Source: a bacterium
Lineage (GTDB): Bacteria > Zhuqueibacterota > Zhuqueibacteria > Residuimicrobiales > Krinioviventaceae
Direction of reading: 5' to 3'
DNA length: 64,000 bases
NCBI GenBank assembly: GCA_963693055.1
Contig: OY843751.1
Location: 6,208,001-6,272,000, forward strand
The position numbers and the translations under genes were made by a program. Positions 8,391-21,180 of the stretch are shown here, piece after piece (within the stretch, counting starts at the first letter, position 1; every line of letters starts with the position of its first letter). Under the pieces are notes generated by a model. It was not told the DNA's origin. It made no database searches and saw only the letters and a list, made by a program, of their open reading frames with translations.

Positions 8391-11117
8391 ATGAAAAACA
8401 TCATGATGGTTCTGAGTCTTTTGTTGCTGCCTGTCATGCTGCTGGCAGGCATTACACCTACACAGCTCACCTGCGAATATCTCAATGGCATGCCCCTTGT
8501 TGACATTGCCAAACCCCGACTTGCGTGGGTCAATATTGCAGACAAGAACGAGCGCGGTCAGAAACAAACCGCCTGGCAGGTGCGCGTGGCAACATCCCCC
8601 GATCTGCTGGAATCTCCCGATCTGTGGGACAGCGGCAAGATCGAATCCCCGCTGAGCAATCGCATCGAATATGATGGCAAGACTCTGCAATCCCGCCAGG
8701 AGTGCTGGTGGCAGGTGCGTGTCTGGGATCGTAACGATAAAGCTTCAAAATGGAGCAAACCCAGCGCATGGCGCATGGGACTATTGGATCCCTCCGAGTG
8801 GCAGGCCCAATGGATTGGCGCACCCTGGCAGGGAGAAGAAGCACTGCCATTACCCGGTCGTGGTGAAACACCCACACCGCCTCCCGCGCCTCTGCTGCGC
8901 AAGTCCTTTCAGGTCAACAAACCCATCAAAAACGCGGTGGCGTTTGTAACCGGACTCGGTTATTTTGAATTATACATGAACGGTGAAAAGATCGGCAATG
9001 ATGTGCTGGTACCCAACCAGACTAATTACGGTAAACGTCCCGGACTAACTGAGCGCAGCATCGCGATTCAGGATAATTTCCGTCGTTACAAGGTCCTGTA
9101 TCTGGCTTATGATGTAAGCGACCAATTCAAAACCGGTGAGAATGTGATTGGCGGTATTTTGGGTAACGGATTTTATAATCCGGCCAAAGGATGGACCGAG
9201 GCTTACGGCACGCCGCGCTTTCTCTGTCAGCTTTATATCACCTATGAGGACGGATCGCAAGAGATCATTGTCAGTGATGGTTCATGGAAAGCAGACAAGA
9301 GTCCCATTCTTTATGACATGGTCTATTACGGCGAGCATTACGATGCCCGTAAAGAGCAACCCGGCTGGTGCGCGCCCGGCTTTGACGACGCCAAATGGCA
9401 AAAAGTCGCCTTGCGCAACGCACCCGAAGGCGAGCTGGCAGCACATACTTCCAGACCCGACCGTATTACCGAAGAGCTTAAACCTGTTAGCATTGAAAAA
9501 CGCGATGACGGCACCTGGCATGTGGATTTTGGTGTAGAGATTTCGGGCTGGCTGCGCATCAACAATGTCAAGGCACCGGCAGGCCACAAGGTAGAATTTA
9601 ACTTTATCAGCAGTGATTATTCCGGGGACAACTCGTATACCTTTCGCGGAGAGGGTGCCGAGACCTATCATGCCCGTTTCAACTGGTTTGTGTTCAAAGA
9701 AGTGGATATAATAAACTGGCCGGGCAAGCTCAAAACCAAACACCTCACCGCGCTCATGGTCAATACACCAGCACCGGTAAGCGCGGAATTTGAAACCTCG
9801 AATCCTCTGTTCAACGACATTAACCGCATCTGGCGACGCAGCCAGATCGACAATATGCATGGCGGCTTGGCCAGCGATTGTCCGCACCGCGAACGCTCCG
9901 GTTACACTGGCGACGGTCAGGTTGCGTGTCCCATGGTCATGCAAAATTACGACGCCCGAAGCTTTTATTACAAATGGGTACAAGACATGCTTGAAGCACA
10001 AAATCCCGAAACAGGGCATGTTCCTAATGGCGCGCCCTGGCAGCCGGGTTGTGGTGGTGGTATTGCCTGGGGAGCAGCGATTTGTGTGATTCCCTGGGAA
10101 TTTTATGAGCAATATGGATCGCTGGATATGTTGAGCGACAATTACGAGGGCATGAAAGGCTATGTGGGTTATATGCAAAAATGGACCGACAGCCAGGGAG
10201 TTATGTACAGTCAGCGCGCCGGCAAAAACGGTATTCCTCTAAAATGGTTCAACCTGGGCGACTGGGTCCCACCCGGTAAAATGATGCCCGATGAACAGGT
10301 GCACACTTTTTATCTCTGGTTCTGCAGCAATGTTACTGCAAAAACCGCAAAAGAATTGGGTAAAACCGAAGAAGCAGAAAAATATGCACAGATTGCGGAA
10401 AATACCAAAAAAGCGTATCATCAACGATTTTACAATGCGGAAACCGGCAGTTACGGCAACTATGGCGGTAATGTGCTGGCACTGTACATGGGCGTTCCGG
10501 ATGAACAGTATGATAATGTCACCGCCGCGTTAAAAGCCAATATTGCCGCAAACGACAATCATCTCGATACCGGTATCATTGGGACACGGTTCCTGTTTGA
10601 AGTGCTTGCAAACAATGGCATGCACGATCTGGCATACAAGGTATTGAACCAGCGTACCGAACCCAGCTTTGGCTGGTGGCTGGAACTGGGTGCTACCACA
10701 ACCCGTGAACAGTGGAACAGCAAAAATTCGCAGAACCACCCCATGTTTGGCGGTGGACTGGTATGGTTTTATCGCAATCTGGCGGGTATGAACGCCGATG
10801 CTGAGCAACCGGGCTACCGTCATATTCTGTTCAAACCCCAGCCGCTGGATGAGCTGGATTATGTAAGCTATTCCAACAATACACCTTATGGCAAGGCCGG
10901 TATCTCCTGGAAACAGTCCGAAAAACAATTCGAAATGGATGTGACCGTACCGGTTGGCTGTACGGCAACCGTTTGTGTGCCCGACAAAAACGGTCAATCC
11001 TTAGCGCAAAACGACAAAATCCACCAATCCTCACCTTTTATCACCTATGTAGAGCACAAGGATGGTTACACGGTATATACCGTAGAGAGCGGTGAATATC
11101 AGTTCAAGGTGAAATAA
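8391..11117 (+). CDS. Alpha-L-rhamnosidase (GH78)
   Basis: Signal peptide; WDSGK N-domain; LGYFELYMNG; catalytic-region SDCPHRERSGYTGD; SQNHPMFG. Confidence 0.92.
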   Translation: MKNIMMVLSLLLLPVMLLAGITPTQLTCEYLNGMPLVDIAKPRLAWVNIADKNERGQKQTAWQVRVATSPDLLESPDLWDSGKIESPLSNRIEYDGKTLQSRQECWWQVRVWDRNDKASKWSKPSAWRMGLLDPSEWQAQWIGAPWQGEEALPLPGRGETPTPPPAPLLRKSFQVNKPIKNAVAFVTGLGYFELYMNGEKIGNDVLVPNQTNYGKRPGLTERSIAIQDNFRRYKVLYLAYDVSDQFKTGENVIGGILGNGFYNPAKGWTEAYGTPRFLCQLYITYEDGSQEIIVSDGSWKADKSPILYDMVYYGEHYDARKEQPGWCAPGFDDAKWQKVALRNAPEGELAAHTSRPDRITEELKPVSIEKRDDGTWHVDFGVEISGWLRINNVKAPAGHKVEFNFISSDYSGDNSYTFRGEGAETYHARFNWFVFKEVDIINWPGKLKTKHLTALMVNTPAPVSAEFETSNPLFNDINRIWRRSQIDNMHGGLASDCPHRERSGYTGDGQVACPMVMQNYDARSFYYKWVQDMLEAQNPETGHVPNGAPWQPGCGGGIAWGAAICVIPWEFYEQYGSLDMLSDNYEGMKGYVGYMQKWTDSQGVMYSQRAGKNGIPLKWFNLGDWVPPGKMMPDEQVHTFYLWFCSNVTAKTAKELGKTEEAEKYAQIAENTKKAYHQRFYNAETGSYGNYGGNVLALYMGVPDEQYDNVTAALKANIAANDNHLDTGIIGTRFLFEVLANNGMHDLAYKVLNQRTEPSFGWWLELGATTTREQWNSKNSQNHPMFGGGLVWFYRNLAGMNADAEQPGYRHILFKPQPLDELDYVSYSNNTPYGKAGISWKQSEKQFEMDVTVPVGCTATVCVPDKNGQSLAQNDKIHQSSPFITYVEHKDGYTVYTVESGEYQFKVK

Positions 11118-11121
11118 CTGT

Positions 11122-11171
11122 CGGTTCCTGAGTACGAATGCGCCCTGGCGCATGAGTGTATCGAAGGAACG
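11122..11171. repeat. Palindromic intergenic repeat, related to 47625-47671
   Basis: CGGTTCCTGAGT...GCGCCCTGGCGC...GTATCGAAGGAACG, directly after a stop codon. Confidence 0.5.
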
Positions 11172-11265
11172 ATAGTTTTAAAAAAGTATATTGCCGGTTG
11201 CAGAGCAGGCCAGTTCGACGAATGTCGGACTGGCCGTATAAAAGCACCGGATGGGTATCCATTTC

Positions 11266-11334
11266 AACGCAGAGCCGCAGAGTACTCGGAGTTTTAGCCC
11301 CCCCAGATCGTGACAGAGATGATCTCTGTTACGA
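11266..11334 (+). repeat. Left direct repeat bounding the AT-rich island
   Basis: AACGCAGAG...TTTTAGCCCCCCCAGATCGTGACAGAGATGATCTCTGTTACGA matches 16861-16921 and contains a palindrome. Confidence 0.7.
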
Positions 11335-11385
11335 GTAATTTAAATATAGAATTGAAAAAAAATAACATTTAATAATGGAAAACAG

Positions 11386-12816
11386 GAGACTGTAAACTTT
11401 TTTGTGTAAATGAATAGTAGTGCTATATTTGGATTTTCATCCTGTCTTTAAATATAATAGAAAATTGAGAAACAACAAAGGCCCAGTTTCTGATGGGCTG
11501 CGACCATTTTTTAGCAATATCCCTGTAGGCCAGAAACAGCATTTTTTTCAACGCATCATCGTGGGGGAACAGAGATTTGGTTTTAGTGACTTTGCGAAGC
11601 TGTCGGTGCAGAGCCTCTACACTATTTGTGGTATAGATCATTCGCCGAATTTCTTCGGGATATTTAAAATAGTTGGACAGGTTGTCCCAGTTTTTTCTCC
11701 AGGAATTGATAACAATGGGATATTTGACCCCCCATTTTTGTTCAAGGCGATCCAGTTGCAGTTCAGCGTTTTCTTTAGTTGTGCTTTGATAAACCAGCTT
11801 CAGATCTTTGATAAATTCTTTTTGATGTTTTGATGCAACATAACGAAGCGAGTTACGGATTTGATGGATGATACAAAGCTGGACTTCAGTATCGGGAAAA
11901 ATGCTGGCAATAGCATCCGGAAAGCCTTTCAGCCCATCTACGCATGCAATCAGAATATCTTCAACCCCACGGTTTCGTATATCGGTTAAAACAGACAGCC
12001 AGAAATTGGCGCCCTCGGACTGGTCGATCCAAATACCAAGTAAATCCTTAAAGCCTTCACCATTGATTCCCAGTACAGTATAGGCGGCCTTGTTTATAAT
12101 ACGCCCTTCGTCACGTATCTTATAGTGGATAGCATCCAAATAAACAATAGGATAAACGCTATCCAACGGTCTTGACTGCCATTCAACGACAAGCTCGCGT
12201 ACCCGTTCGGTAACATTGGAAATAAATGTTGGGGAAGCGTCCAGGCCGTAAAGTGTTTCCAGGTGGTCTTTGATGTCTCTTGTACTCAGACCTTTGGCAT
12301 ATAAGGCAACGATAATTTCATCTATTTTGCCCAGATCACGCTGGTGCTTTTTGACAAGTACCGGGTCAAATTCTCCATTCCGATCACGGGGGATTTTGAT
12401 GTCAATTTCACCAAAATCTGTCTTCACTGTTTTGCTGCTGTGACCGTTTCTACTATTGCCACTGTTATCACCTTCTGAAGAATGTCTCTCATAGCCCAAG
12501 TGCTGGGTCATTTCAGCTTCCATAATTTGGTCTGATATGCCCTTAATCAAATTCTTGACCAGACCATTTTTGCCCAGCAGATCGTCTGCTGTCTTGCAAT
12601 TTTCAAAATCTTTTTCAAGTTGTTTAATAATTTCAGGTGTAAGTTTCATTGGTAAATTCTCCTGTATTTAATAAAATGTAATATTTGTTTTTAAAACACA
12701 AGCGAATTTACAGTCCCTTGGAAAAGTGTGTGCAAATCAATCAGCGATCGAAATTCAATAACCCTACGGGTTATTGAACCCTTGTTCATGATTTACACAA
12801 AAATCTTTACACTTCC
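11386..12816 (-). mobile_element. IS256-family insertion sequence, 1431 bp
   Basis: 26-bp imperfect TIRs GAGACTGTAAACTTTTTTGTGTAAAT / GGAAGTGTAAAGATTTTTGTGTAAAT. 8-bp target duplication GAAAACAG at 11378-11385 and 12817-12824. Confidence 0.93.
11423..12649 (-). CDS. IS256-family (Mutator-type) transposase
   Basis: Motifs NSRNGH, IPRDRNG, VYLDA, VDGLKGF, QLCIIHQIRN, IYTTNSVE. Confidence 0.95.
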   Translation of the reverse strand: MKLTPEIIKQLEKDFENCKTADDLLGKNGLVKNLIKGISDQIMEAEMTQHLGYERHSSEGDNSGNSRNGHSSKTVKTDFGEIDIKIPRDRNGEFDPVLVKKHQRDLGKIDEIIVALYAKGLSTRDIKDHLETLYGLDASPTFISNVTERVRELVVEWQSRPLDSVYPIVYLDAIHYKIRDEGRIINKAAYTVLGINGEGFKDLLGIWIDQSEGANFWLSVLTDIRNRGVEDILIACVDGLKGFPDAIASIFPDTEVQLCIIHQIRNSLRYVASKHQKEFIKDLKLVYQSTTKENAELQLDRLEQKWGVKYPIVINSWRKNWDNLSNYFKYPEEIRRMIYTTNSVEALHRQLRKVTKTKSLFPHDDALKKMLFLAYRDIAKKWSQPIRNWAFVVSQFSIIFKDRMKIQI

Positions 12817-13061
12817 GAAAACAGCGGTTAGCGATTTATAAATGTTGTAAATGAATCAATGGAAATGTGTACTAAAAATTAACTATAATATTAATTTTGG
12901 AAAAAATTAAACTCAAGATTATACTTAATATACTAATAAAAATTGAAGTGAGAGCAAGCAATGTAGCAATCTGAATTGCATTATCAGTGTAATGCTTATC
13001 TTTGAATTTGAGAAATGGGCCAAAATTATTAAATTAGATAAAACAGAACAAAGGAGGCCCA

Positions 13062-13367
13062 TTGAGTACCCGACAACGATTTACAGCCGAAGCCAAAGTA
13101 CAGATACTACGTGAACATTTGGAAAATAATGTCAAGATATCCGAATTAGCTGAAAAATATAAAGTTCATCCTGGTGTGATCCAGCGATGGAAAAAAGAAC
13201 TCTTTGAAAACGCACTTGATGGTTTTTCCGGCCAGCATAAAAATCGTAAAGATAAAACCCGCAAAGAAGAACAACTTGAGCATAAAGTGATCAAAATGCA
13301 GGAAGTGATTACCGAGCTGTCAACAGAGGTGATTGATTTGCGAAAAAAGTATTTTGGGGCCCCCTGA
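13062..13367 (+). CDS. IS3 OrfA (helix-turn-helix)
   Basis: RQRFTAEAKVQI...ELAEKYKVHPGVIQRWKK; AAGGAGG RBS with TTG start. Confidence 0.88.
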   Translation: MSTRQRFTAEAKVQILREHLENNVKISELAEKYKVHPGVIQRWKKELFENALDGFSGQHKNRKDKTRKEEQLEHKVIKMQEVITELSTEVIDLRKKYFGAP

Positions 13368-14335
13368 AAGATCGTTGGGTAGCCCCTGACATACGCGATG
13401 ACATTATCACTACATTTGACCGGTTAAAAACACAAACCCATGTGCCAGTTAACACCTTGCTCAACGCGGCAGGATTATCGTGGGCCAGGTACCATGACTG
13501 GCAAAAACGATTTGGACAACCCAATAGGCACAACAGCGATACGCCGCGCGACTTTTGGCTTGAGCCGTGGGAAAAACAGGCGATAATTGATTACAAAAAA
13601 GATCACATGGAAACCGGATATAGACGTTTAACCTATGAGATGCTGGATAACGACATTGTTGCCGTCAGCCCGTCAACAAGCTACAGGATATTGCGTCTGG
13701 CAGGCTTGACAAGTCGTTGGAATAACAAGACCTTAGAGGTAAAACGGAAAGGATTCGTGCAGCCAAAGAAACCTCATGAGCACTGGCACATGGACATATC
13801 CTATGTCAACTTTCATGGATCACACCTGTTTTTGATCTCTGTACTTGACGGATATTCCCGCTTTATTGTGCACCATGAGCTCAGAACACATATGCAGGAA
13901 TACGATGTGGAGATCGTACTTCAACGGGCTCTGGAAAAATATCCGGACAAGACACCAAGGATCATTTCAGATAATGGCACCCAGTTCATTGCCAACGATT
14001 TTAAATCCTTTTTGAGATTGAACAATCTGACACATGTACGAACATCGGTCAATCATCCACAAGCAAATGGAAAACAGGAAGCATTCCACAAGACAATCAA
14101 AAATGAATGTATTCGTGTTAAAAGCTTTCTGGGTTTGGAGGATGCGAGAAAAATAGTTGCTGAATATGTTCATGAATATAACCATAAACGACTGCATAGC
14201 GGCATAAACTATATCGCTCCGTATGATATGTTATGTGGCCGGGCTGAAATCATTTTCAAAGAACGTGATTTGAAACTTGAACAAGCACGACAAAGACGAA
14301 AGGAAAAGGCACAACTTGAACGAAAAGCAGCTTAG
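13343..14335 (+). CDS. IS3 OrfB (DDE integrase core), fused to OrfA by programmed -1 frameshift
   Basis: A-AAA-AAG slippery site at 13343-13349 followed by a GGGGC...GCCCC stem. The -1 frame is open into the 13442 ORF. Motifs WHMDISY, SDNGTQF, QANGKQE, YNHKRLHS. Confidence 0.88.
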   Translation, partial: KKVFWGPLKDRWVAPDIRDDIITTFDRLKTQTHVPVNTLLNAAGLSWARYHDWQKRFGQPNRHNSDTPRDFWLEPWEKQAIIDYKKDHMETGYRRLTYEMLDNDIVAVSPSTSYRILRLAGLTSRWNNKTLEVKRKGFVQPKKPHEHWHMDISYVNFHGSHLFLISVLDGYSRFIVHHELRTHMQEYDVEIVLQRALEKYPDKTPRIISDNGTQFIANDFKSFLRLNNLTHVRTSVNHPQANGKQEAFHKTIKNECIRVKSFLGLEDARKIVAEYVHEYNHKRLHSGINYIAPYDMLCGRAEIIFKERDLKLEQARQRRKEKAQLERKAA

Positions 14336-14944
14336 AGTTTTTTTTCGAATCCCTTCTCACAAGTGTTGGAAGGGTGAGGAGAAAAAACTCGGACTATAAC
14401 TTATTTTAAAGTGGCCTTTTCTCAAATTTTCCTTGAACCATTACATCAGGGTGTTTAAAAAGATAATATATTCTGATAAAAATATCACAATTACATACTT
14501 TTGTTATACTCAAGCTGTATTTAACATTCTCAGGGTTATTTCCCTTGTTAACGTTATAGTAACTTGTATTAATGCCTAGTTTAGCACGATAATAATCAGA
14601 AATGACAACATAATCATCTTTTTCTGCTTCACGAATAAATACTGTTTTATCACAATTATTATTGTCTTTTTTACTATTACAACATTCTTTATCGTCGATA
14701 TAACCATCTTTTAGTTTGTGATTATATCTTCTTAAAAAATTATCATCAATAATTCGACAGACTGTATATATTTTTTTACCTGTCTCTTCTACTTCAATCT
14801 TTACAAGATCTCTTGAATTGTATTCTTTACTTGATGATTCAGGAACCCAAACCCAACCAGAATTTGATTCATCATGTAATGATGCTAATACGTAAAAATT
14901 TTTTGACATAATAAATCCAATATAAATCATTATTAAACAATCTC

Positions 14945-16630
14945 TTACCAAATCTCTAATGCTTTTTTTGCTAGTTCCTTTTGCCGATCGTTCATTTCTT
15001 TTTTCCGCCACTTGTCATAAGAATTGAGTTGTTGTGTCATTTTTACACTGGACTTTGAGTAATATTTGTTTTTTTTCTGAAGGAATGTACCATTCGTAAC
15101 ATTCAAACTTTTACTTAATAAAGTGAGATTACCTAAGCGATTTAAATATACTTTTTGATATTTTTTAACATGTTTCCATCCGTGCTCTGGTAATGTTTGA
15201 GGCATTATATGTTCAACGTTAACCTGCTTTGGATTGTCGGTAACAGGTGCTGCTCTACCGGATAAAAACAGTTCTATTTTATATAGAATATAGAAACTCG
15301 TATTCTTATTTGGAGAGACATAGGTGGAAAAACTTTGCTCAAATATTTTGTCATCAGGCATTGAAGTTCGCAATTCTTGTATTAATAAATCAATTTTAAT
15401 TTTAGGGTTTAGTCTAATTTCTTTTGAAGACTTTATCAATAATAAAACAACATCGTTAGGGATCTTTTGATTACAAATAAGCATTCTGAAAAAAAACTTT
15501 TCTAAAAAACTTACTAATTTTTGTTGCAATTTACGAACCTCAGGATCTGTCTTTTCTTCTGTAAATGAAAAAAGTGATAAAAGAACTGGATAACACTGCT
15601 TGGCTTTAAACAAAGATAACGCTTCTAATGAATTTTGAATTTTTTCATTATTTTTCCAGGTACTAAACTTCTTTGGGTAAGCAATTCGAACATAAAGTTT
15701 CAAATAATGGTTCATTTCTTTCATATATTCAGAGATATTAACATTATCTGTTTCAATATCTCGTTTGAGGGTTTTATATAGATTGCCTTCTACAACTCTT
15801 GAATTACGAAAAGACCAATAATATTTTAAAAATTCGGTATATGACAATCTGTTTTTTTCTATCAATTCAAGATTCTCTTTCCATATTGCTTCCACATCTG
15901 TTAGAGATTCCTGATCATCAGCTTTAGCAAAAACGATACTTTTCAATAAATCTTCAACTTTGAGTGATGCTCCCCTATAATTCAATGTTTCAAATAGTAT
16001 TGTTTCAGAATAATTATTATTAGCATAAATAACAACAAAATAAATACTATCACTAACAAAATGAAATAATCTATTCAAAAATCTATATTTATCTGATAGA
16101 GTCGTAAAACGTTCTAACTCTTTTGACATCTTTTGTGATAAATTTTTAAAAACATTATTACGCAAAAAATCATTGGCCCTAAAACGTTTATCTTGTAGAG
16201 TCGAATAAGGCTTTCGAAGGTATTCTTTGAAAATTTTTTGATATTGTTCATGTGGTAATAAAAATAGTCTGTTTTGGTTATTCCATAAATATTTTTGGGT
16301 ATCATTGATTAAACTTTGAATATTATTGTTTAATTGAATATCTTTTGTTTCAAAACTGATTAACACATTTCTAATAATACTTATTAAAGAGACAACAACT
16401 GTCAACCTTTGTTGACCATCAAAAATATTGTAATGATAATTGTTTTCACCAGCCTGTAAAACAAGTGAACCCAAAAAATGCTTTCTGTTAAACTCTATTG
16501 CCTCTGTAATATCATCCCAAAAATCGTTTACATGTTCCTTTCTCCATGCAAATGCTCGTTGAAATTTTGGGACATGAAAATAATTTCCATTAAAAAGTTC
16601 TTCAAAAGTATAAGTTTGTGTTTTAATCAT
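14945..16630 (-). CDS. DUF262 + DUF1524 (HNH) protein, GmrSD/SspE-like nuclease; probable anti-phage defence
   Basis: VPKFQRAFAW, DGQQRLT, FETLNYRG (DUF262); VEHIMPQ...LGNLTLL...N (DUF1524 His-Me finger). Very AT-rich. Confidence 0.88.
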   Translation of the reverse strand: MIKTQTYTFEELFNGNYFHVPKFQRAFAWRKEHVNDFWDDITEAIEFNRKHFLGSLVLQAGENNYHYNIFDGQQRLTVVVSLISIIRNVLISFETKDIQLNNNIQSLINDTQKYLWNNQNRLFLLPHEQYQKIFKEYLRKPYSTLQDKRFRANDFLRNNVFKNLSQKMSKELERFTTLSDKYRFLNRLFHFVSDSIYFVVIYANNNYSETILFETLNYRGASLKVEDLLKSIVFAKADDQESLTDVEAIWKENLELIEKNRLSYTEFLKYYWSFRNSRVVEGNLYKTLKRDIETDNVNISEYMKEMNHYLKLYVRIAYPKKFSTWKNNEKIQNSLEALSLFKAKQCYPVLLSLFSFTEEKTDPEVRKLQQKLVSFLEKFFFRMLICNQKIPNDVVLLLIKSSKEIRLNPKIKIDLLIQELRTSMPDDKIFEQSFSTYVSPNKNTSFYILYKIELFLSGRAAPVTDNPKQVNVEHIMPQTLPEHGWKHVKKYQKVYLNRLGNLTLLSKSLNVTNGTFLQKKNKYYSKSSVKMTQQLNSYDKWRKKEMNDRQKELAKKALEIW

Positions 16631-16860
16631 TAAATGAAACCCCTGTTTTAATTACAATATAATACTTGATGAATTTTAAAAAGGACAACAAATTAAAAAT
16701 AACTTGTTACTCTATTTCCCAAATTGAATTGTACTACATAATAAATCAATTGATATACTTCCCGCCCAGAGAATCCCACCGTATTATATATTAATACTAA
16801 TTATTACAGAATATTGCAACCTAAATATAAAGATTAGATTTACCCTGTACTTTAATGAAA

Positions 16861-16921
16861 AACGCAGAGCGCAAGTTTTTAGCACCCCCTGATCGTGACA
16901 GAGATTATCTCTGTCATGATC
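16861..16921 (+). repeat. Right direct repeat bounding the AT-rich island
   Basis: AACGCAGAG...TTTTTAGCACCCCCTGATCGTGACAGAGATTATCTCTGTCATGATC. Confidence 0.7.
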
Positions 16922-17070
16922 AAAAATCCTTTATTCGTGCTGATCAGTGTTATTCGTGGGCAGCAACCTGCTGATTTTAGAGGGAAATCTTTTGAATAGT
17001 TTTGCATAATTTTAAAAACCTAATTTTTTCATTATTCCATTGTTTTTTTCAGCAAATATCATTTCCTTAA

Positions 17071-20346
<3,276 letters not shown>

Positions 20347-20359
20347 ATCATGATCAACA

Positions 20360-20388
20360 TCCGGGAGCTGTTTTATATAGCTCCCGGA
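20360..20388 (+). terminator. Hairpin after lacZ, probable terminator
   Basis: TCCGGGAGCT / AGCTCCCGGA 10-bp stem; U-tract is weak. Confidence 0.5.
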
Positions 20389-20519
20389 GATGATTCCGGA
20401 TCCAACAATTTGTTTTCACGCCTCCATACTCTTCTTGTGCTGCCTAAAAAAATTACATTGTATTAATCGCAGAAGATAACTAACTTGATTTTTAAAATAG
20501 TAAATCAAATTCAATATAA

Positions 20520-21095
20520 ATGCAAATCCCTGAAAACGAAAAACAGCTTGTAATTGCGATTAAACAATCCGATAGTGATGCGTTTAAAAAGATATGTGAA
20601 TTGTATTATGAGCAAATTTACAGATTCCTCTGGAGACGGACCCGGGATGGTGAAACAGCCTGTGATCTGGTTCAAGACGTATTTTTAAATGTCTGGAAAA
20701 ATCGTAAAAATCTTGATGAGAACAAATCCATCAAAGCATTTTTCTACAGATCAGCCATTAATGCCGCTATAAATCATTTGCACAGAAAAGTACTTGTTGA
20801 TAAACATTTTGTCATGAACGAATCGGTTGAGCATTTAAGTGGAGACAATGACGCAGATCTGAAAGAGTATCTGGATGACGCATTACAAGGCATTCCTGAA
20901 CCGCAACGGATTGTATTTATATTGAACAAATTTGAAGGTTTTAAATACAAAGAAATTGCAGACATTTTGCAGATTTCTGTTAAAACCGTTGAAAGCCGCA
21001 TGAGTAAAACATTGAAAACATTACGCAGCAAATTATCGCATCTGTTGATATTTATACTCTGCTGGATTTCTCTGTTTTATAAATTCTATAAATAA
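20520..21095 (+). CDS. ECF sigma-70 factor (FecI-like)
   Basis: DLVQDVFLNVW (region 2) and GFKYKEIADILQISVKTVESRMSK (region 4 HTH); short hydrophobic C-tail. Confidence 0.92.
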   Translation: MQIPENEKQLVIAIKQSDSDAFKKICELYYEQIYRFLWRRTRDGETACDLVQDVFLNVWKNRKNLDENKSIKAFFYRSAINAAINHLHRKVLVDKHFVMNESVEHLSGDNDADLKEYLDDALQGIPEPQRIVFILNKFEGFKYKEIADILQISVKTVESRMSKTLKTLRSKLSHLLIFILCWISLFYKFYK

Positions 21096-21116
21096 TATGT
21101 ATTATTTACAAAAGAT

Positions 21117-21150
21117 GATAGGGTTTTTGTTGTAATGTTTGTAGATAATA
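21117..21150 (+). promoter_or_regulatory. Putative ECF-sigma promoter upstream of fecR
   Basis: GATAGGGTTTTT-N9-TTTGTA; recurs at 25024. Confidence 0.45.
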
Positions 21151-21180
21151 AATGAGGACTAGACAGCTAAACACAAAAAA

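Larger units (their letters stand above)
12988..14445 (+). mobile_element. IS3-family insertion sequence, 1458 bp
   Basis: TG...CA ends; imperfect TIRs TGTAATGCTTATCTTTGAATTTGAGAAATGGGCC / TGTAATGGTTCAAGGAAAATTTGAGAAAAGGCC; 4-bp target duplication TCAG at 12984-12987 and 14446-14449. Confidence 0.92.
12872..14909 (-). pseudogene. Uncharacterised C-terminally membrane-anchored protein (~190 aa) interrupted by IS3
   Basis: Removing IS3 and one TCAG copy joins MSKNFYVLASLHDESNSGWVWV...YLFKHP in frame to DNAIQIATLLALTSIFISILSIILSLIFSKINIIVNF* (TAG at 12872-12874). Confidence 0.75.

Noticed and set aside
9282-10178. Long antisense ORF within GH78, and similar shadow ORFs inside lacZ, GH106, ileS and lspA
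   Set aside because: They lie entirely opposite well-supported genes and have no recognisable motifs.
11362-12850. AAC...GTT inverted repeat (reconstructed after removing IS256) resembling an integron attC site
   Set aside because: Poor match to RYYYAAC/GTTRRRY, no second attC between the neighbouring genes, and no integron integrase. It fits an AT-rich terminator-like hairpin better.
14406-15011. 201-aa ORF as given in the track
   Set aside because: Its N-terminus overlaps the nuclease gene and its C-terminus is IS3 terminal repeat sequence. The real gene is the interrupted 14909-12872 ORF.
16931-16960. Short TATTCGTG direct repeat, and similar CAxAG-type short repeats near 6530 and 32390
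   Set aside because: Too short and degenerate to support a feature; not a CRISPR array.
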